Program-made: the position numbers and the translations under genes
Part shown: positions 61,601-64,000 of the stretch, in pieces
Position numbering within the stretch: the stretch's first letter is position 1
How the letters are laid out: each line of letters opens with the position of its first letter
Notes under the pieces: model-generated
Database searches by the model: none
What the model saw: only the letters and a program-made list of their open reading frames with translations
What the model was told of the DNA's origin: nothing
Origin: Bigelowiella natans CCMP2755
Lineage: Eukaryota; Protista; Cercozoa
Length of the DNA: 64,000 bases
NCBI GenBank assembly: GCA_000320545.1
Contig: ADNK01000550.1
Coordinates: forward strand, 1 to 64,000
Reading direction: 5' to 3'

Positions 61601-61929
61601 TTGAGATGTGTGAGTAGTGGGGTGTTTGGTTTCTGTGCACTTATCTTCTGACAAAAAAGGCGACATGAAGACAAAAATGCCATTTCCAATCAAAATATGC
61701 ACCATGTGTTGTCGTAAAACATCATTACATTGCAATTTGCAACTGTCATGAGACAATGCCGGACATTACCGCTGTCATTATCCCGCCAAAAAATCGAGAC
61801 AATTCTCGAATTCCAGAACCATTCGAGATTTTCTTCAAATTGGTAAAAATTTAGAAAACGTTACACAAGTTTTAGATACGACAACATTTTGATCGGGATA
61901 TTAGATGAACATGGAAAAACCCAAAAGAA

Positions 61930-62415
61930 ATGTCAGACACAGCGTCTTTCAAATTTCAAATAGGAGAGCAACCATCCACGCGGAGAATGATGATGAAGTC
62001 AGGCAACATAGCTGAGGATGAGAAACACTTCAATGCTTACAGCTCCCACTATCAACTCATGCAGCTCTTGCCCGCAGTGTTGTTCGTTTTGTTGGCATCG
62101 ATTTCCATGAGAAAATACGCCGAAGTTAAACCTTTCGCGTGTGATGTGTGCGAGAAGCACGCATGCCATCTTTGTCACAAGCGATTTTCTACACAGGAAA
62201 TCTTTAAAAAACACATGAAGACTCACAATGAAGAAAAACATTGTGACAATCACCGATGCCCTCTTTGCCACAGACGCCTTTCTGTAAAAAGGATCTTCAA
62301 CAAAACCATCAGAAAACATCCCGGAGAAAGCCCCCATGACAAATGTGCTCGTTGCAAGAAGCGCGGAGACAAGAGCTGTCCTTGCGGAGGGAAGACTTCA
62401 ATTGCTATTTCTTGA
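61930..62415 (+). CDS. C2H2 zinc-finger protein (partly degenerate)
   Basis: KPFACDVC, CHLCHKRFSTQEIFKKHMKTH, CPLCHRR. Confidence 0.7.
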   Translation: MSDTASFKFQIGEQPSTRRMMMKSGNIAEDEKHFNAYSSHYQLMQLLPAVLFVLLASISMRKYAEVKPFACDVCEKHACHLCHKRFSTQEIFKKHMKTHNEEKHCDNHRCPLCHRRLSVKRIFNKTIRKHPGESPHDKCARCKKRGDKSCPCGGKTSIAIS

Positions 62416-62436
62416 AAACTTGCACAATAACACGCT

Positions 62437-63999
62437 TCAAATGTCCCTCCATATGTCACCATCAATGGCAAGGTCCTGCAAATGTTGCATCAATTTGCGA
62501 TCTGCTGCATGCTGAAACATGAGTCTGCACAAACGGATCGAGTCAACCGTTTTGTAAGGATCTAAGATCTTTTCTTTCTTGAACAACACGTTCTGCTGCT
62601 TTTTTTCGAATGCGGGGATGTCCATCTCGGCTACGTACTTGCGCATTTCACCGAATCCATTGATCCAGGTGTCCCATGTGTCAATGATGTTGTTGTATTT
62701 GGTCACTATTTTTTGCATGAGCCGTCGCAACCTTGCATGGGAACTCTTAAACTCGTCCGAGTTGATTCCGACCTCTGATTTAAGGCGAAGTGTTTCCTCG
62801 AGTAGAGATTCGCCCTTTGTGTTAAGTTGCGATCTGAGTTCTGAGAGCATGTAACTATTGCCAATGAGGCGCTTGCTTTTTGGCAGCGTGGAAATGTAGA
62901 GATCAACCTGCAAAGTCCGATCAGCCTCTTTCAGCAAACCAAATTGGCACATTCGGTTAGCCCGGCCCAACAGTTGATGAAACCGAGATACATTGCGTGG
63001 GGGGTTCACCAAAACCATGCGGCGCACGGTGTAGAACTCCTCACCCTCTCCGAATATCGAAGAATCCGCAATAATTACCATGAGTCTCTCGCCAAATTGG
63101 TTAGTCGGGTCGTTAAATAGTGCCTTTTTTTGGTCAACCGTTGCCCCGTTCCATGTACCCACTCCCGTGACTTCAGGACGCAGCGTGTCTTCATCTTTTC
63201 CAATCATTGTTGATGTGATTCCGTGCTTTGTTAACATCTTTTCAATTCCGATAGCAACGCCTTTGAATCCTGCATGTCGGTCAACAAGAACCAAGGTCTT
63301 ACATCTATTTTTCACGATGGAATCTGCAATGGCTGCAACTTTGGCGTGAATCTGCATGTGCTGCGCTAAAGACTTGTCAAATACGTATTTGTCTTCGAAC
63401 ACAGTGTCGTAAGCCTTGATTGTTGACGTGATTGATTTTGAATAGTAATTAGAGTTGCAATGGAGGAGCATTCGGCTTTCATGCTCGGCGTGTTGTCTTG
63501 CGTTAGGACGGTTGTAAATAGTCGTGTGGGGGGCAACGTGCGCGAGTAGTTTTTTGTGGCTGTCATTCATAACATGCAGGTATTTTGTCATGTTCTCCCC
63601 CAACAACGGAACCTCTATCACCCGCACCGGTAAGACCCCCTCCAAAATTTGCCCCGGGTCATCAAGAGATGGTACGTTCGGAAACCTGTACGTAGTTGAC
63701 CCCAGAGTATTCATGAACATGGGTGATTGCTCGTTTGATGGGAAGAAGTAACTCACATAGCCCGCCCCGTTGGACTCGGCGTTCTTTGAGACTCCGATCA
63801 GGGTTTCCAAGGAACTTCGCAATTTCTCCTGCAGTGTCTGGTACACCCTTTTCGGGTCAATTACCAAACTCGACACTATTGGCTCATTCAATGCATCGAT
63901 TGTGTACGGAGTTGCTGTAGCGCCTACCACGATGGAGTTTCTGCATGTCCGTATGCGCACCTTTGCTACATGCAAAAACTGTTGTATGTCTTTTCTCAG
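62437..63999 (-). CDS. SF2 helicase, poxvirus D6/D11 (VETF-S/NPH-I)-like, 5' truncated by the window edge
   Basis: GATATP, FNDPTN..GERLMVI...GEGEEF..VR...P..N...QLLGRANRMC; frame is open to the window end. Confidence 0.8.
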   Translation of the reverse strand: MRKDIQQFLHVAKVRIRTCRNSIVVGATATPYTIDALNEPIVSSLVIDPKRVYQTLQEKLRSSLETLIGVSKNAESNGAGYVSYFFPSNEQSPMFMNTLGSTTYRFPNVPSLDDPGQILEGVLPVRVIEVPLLGENMTKYLHVMNDSHKKLLAHVAPHTTIYNRPNARQHAEHESRMLLHCNSNYYSKSITSTIKAYDTVFEDKYVFDKSLAQHMQIHAKVAAIADSIVKNRCKTLVLVDRHAGFKGVAIGIEKMLTKHGITSTMIGKDEDTLRPEVTGVGTWNGATVDQKKALFNDPTNQFGERLMVIIADSSIFGEGEEFYTVRRMVLVNPPRNVSRFHQLLGRANRMCQFGLLKEADRTLQVDLYISTLPKSKRLIGNSYMLSELRSQLNTKGESLLEETLRLKSEVGINSDEFKSSHARLRRLMQKIVTKYNNIIDTWDTWINGFGEMRKYVAEMDIPAFEKKQQNVLFKKEKILDPYKTVDSIRLCRLMFQHAADRKLMQHLQDLAIDGDIWRDI

Positions 64000-64000
64000 A

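Noticed and set aside
1-64000. tRNA/rRNA genes, major capsid protein, DNA polymerase, integrase, reverse transcriptase
   Set aside because: None recognisable by eye; divergent versions among the large ORFans cannot be excluded.

Overview
Intronless, densely packed DNA typical of a giant virus (Nucleocytoviricota-like; a mirusvirus is not excluded), possibly endogenised in a eukaryotic genome. Recognisable genes include a VLTF2-like late transcription factor, a D6/D11-type SF2 helicase that runs off the right end, an MC1-like chromatin protein, SET, chromo-like and AT-hook proteins, an F-box protein, a putative CE-clan cysteine protease, an endonuclease VII, a fibre-like protein and DUF378, among many ORFans. 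The left ~10.6 kb is repeat-rich. It holds a ~30-repeat tail-anchored ankyrin protein, a 9-finger C2H2 array fused (across a 1-nt frameshift) to a PD-(D/E)XK nuclease, a 5x32-bp array upstream of that gene, a nested inverted-repeat element and a ~16x72-bp array. The strongest cross-cutting signal is apparent TpA-specific A>G hypermutation (TA>TG/CA). It shows up in the variants of every repeat family compared, in nearly TA-free AT-rich intergenic tracts and in a TGA stop-codon excess, and may reflect a host defence with polarity opposite to RIP. All family assignments come from motif recognition by eye; no searches were run.
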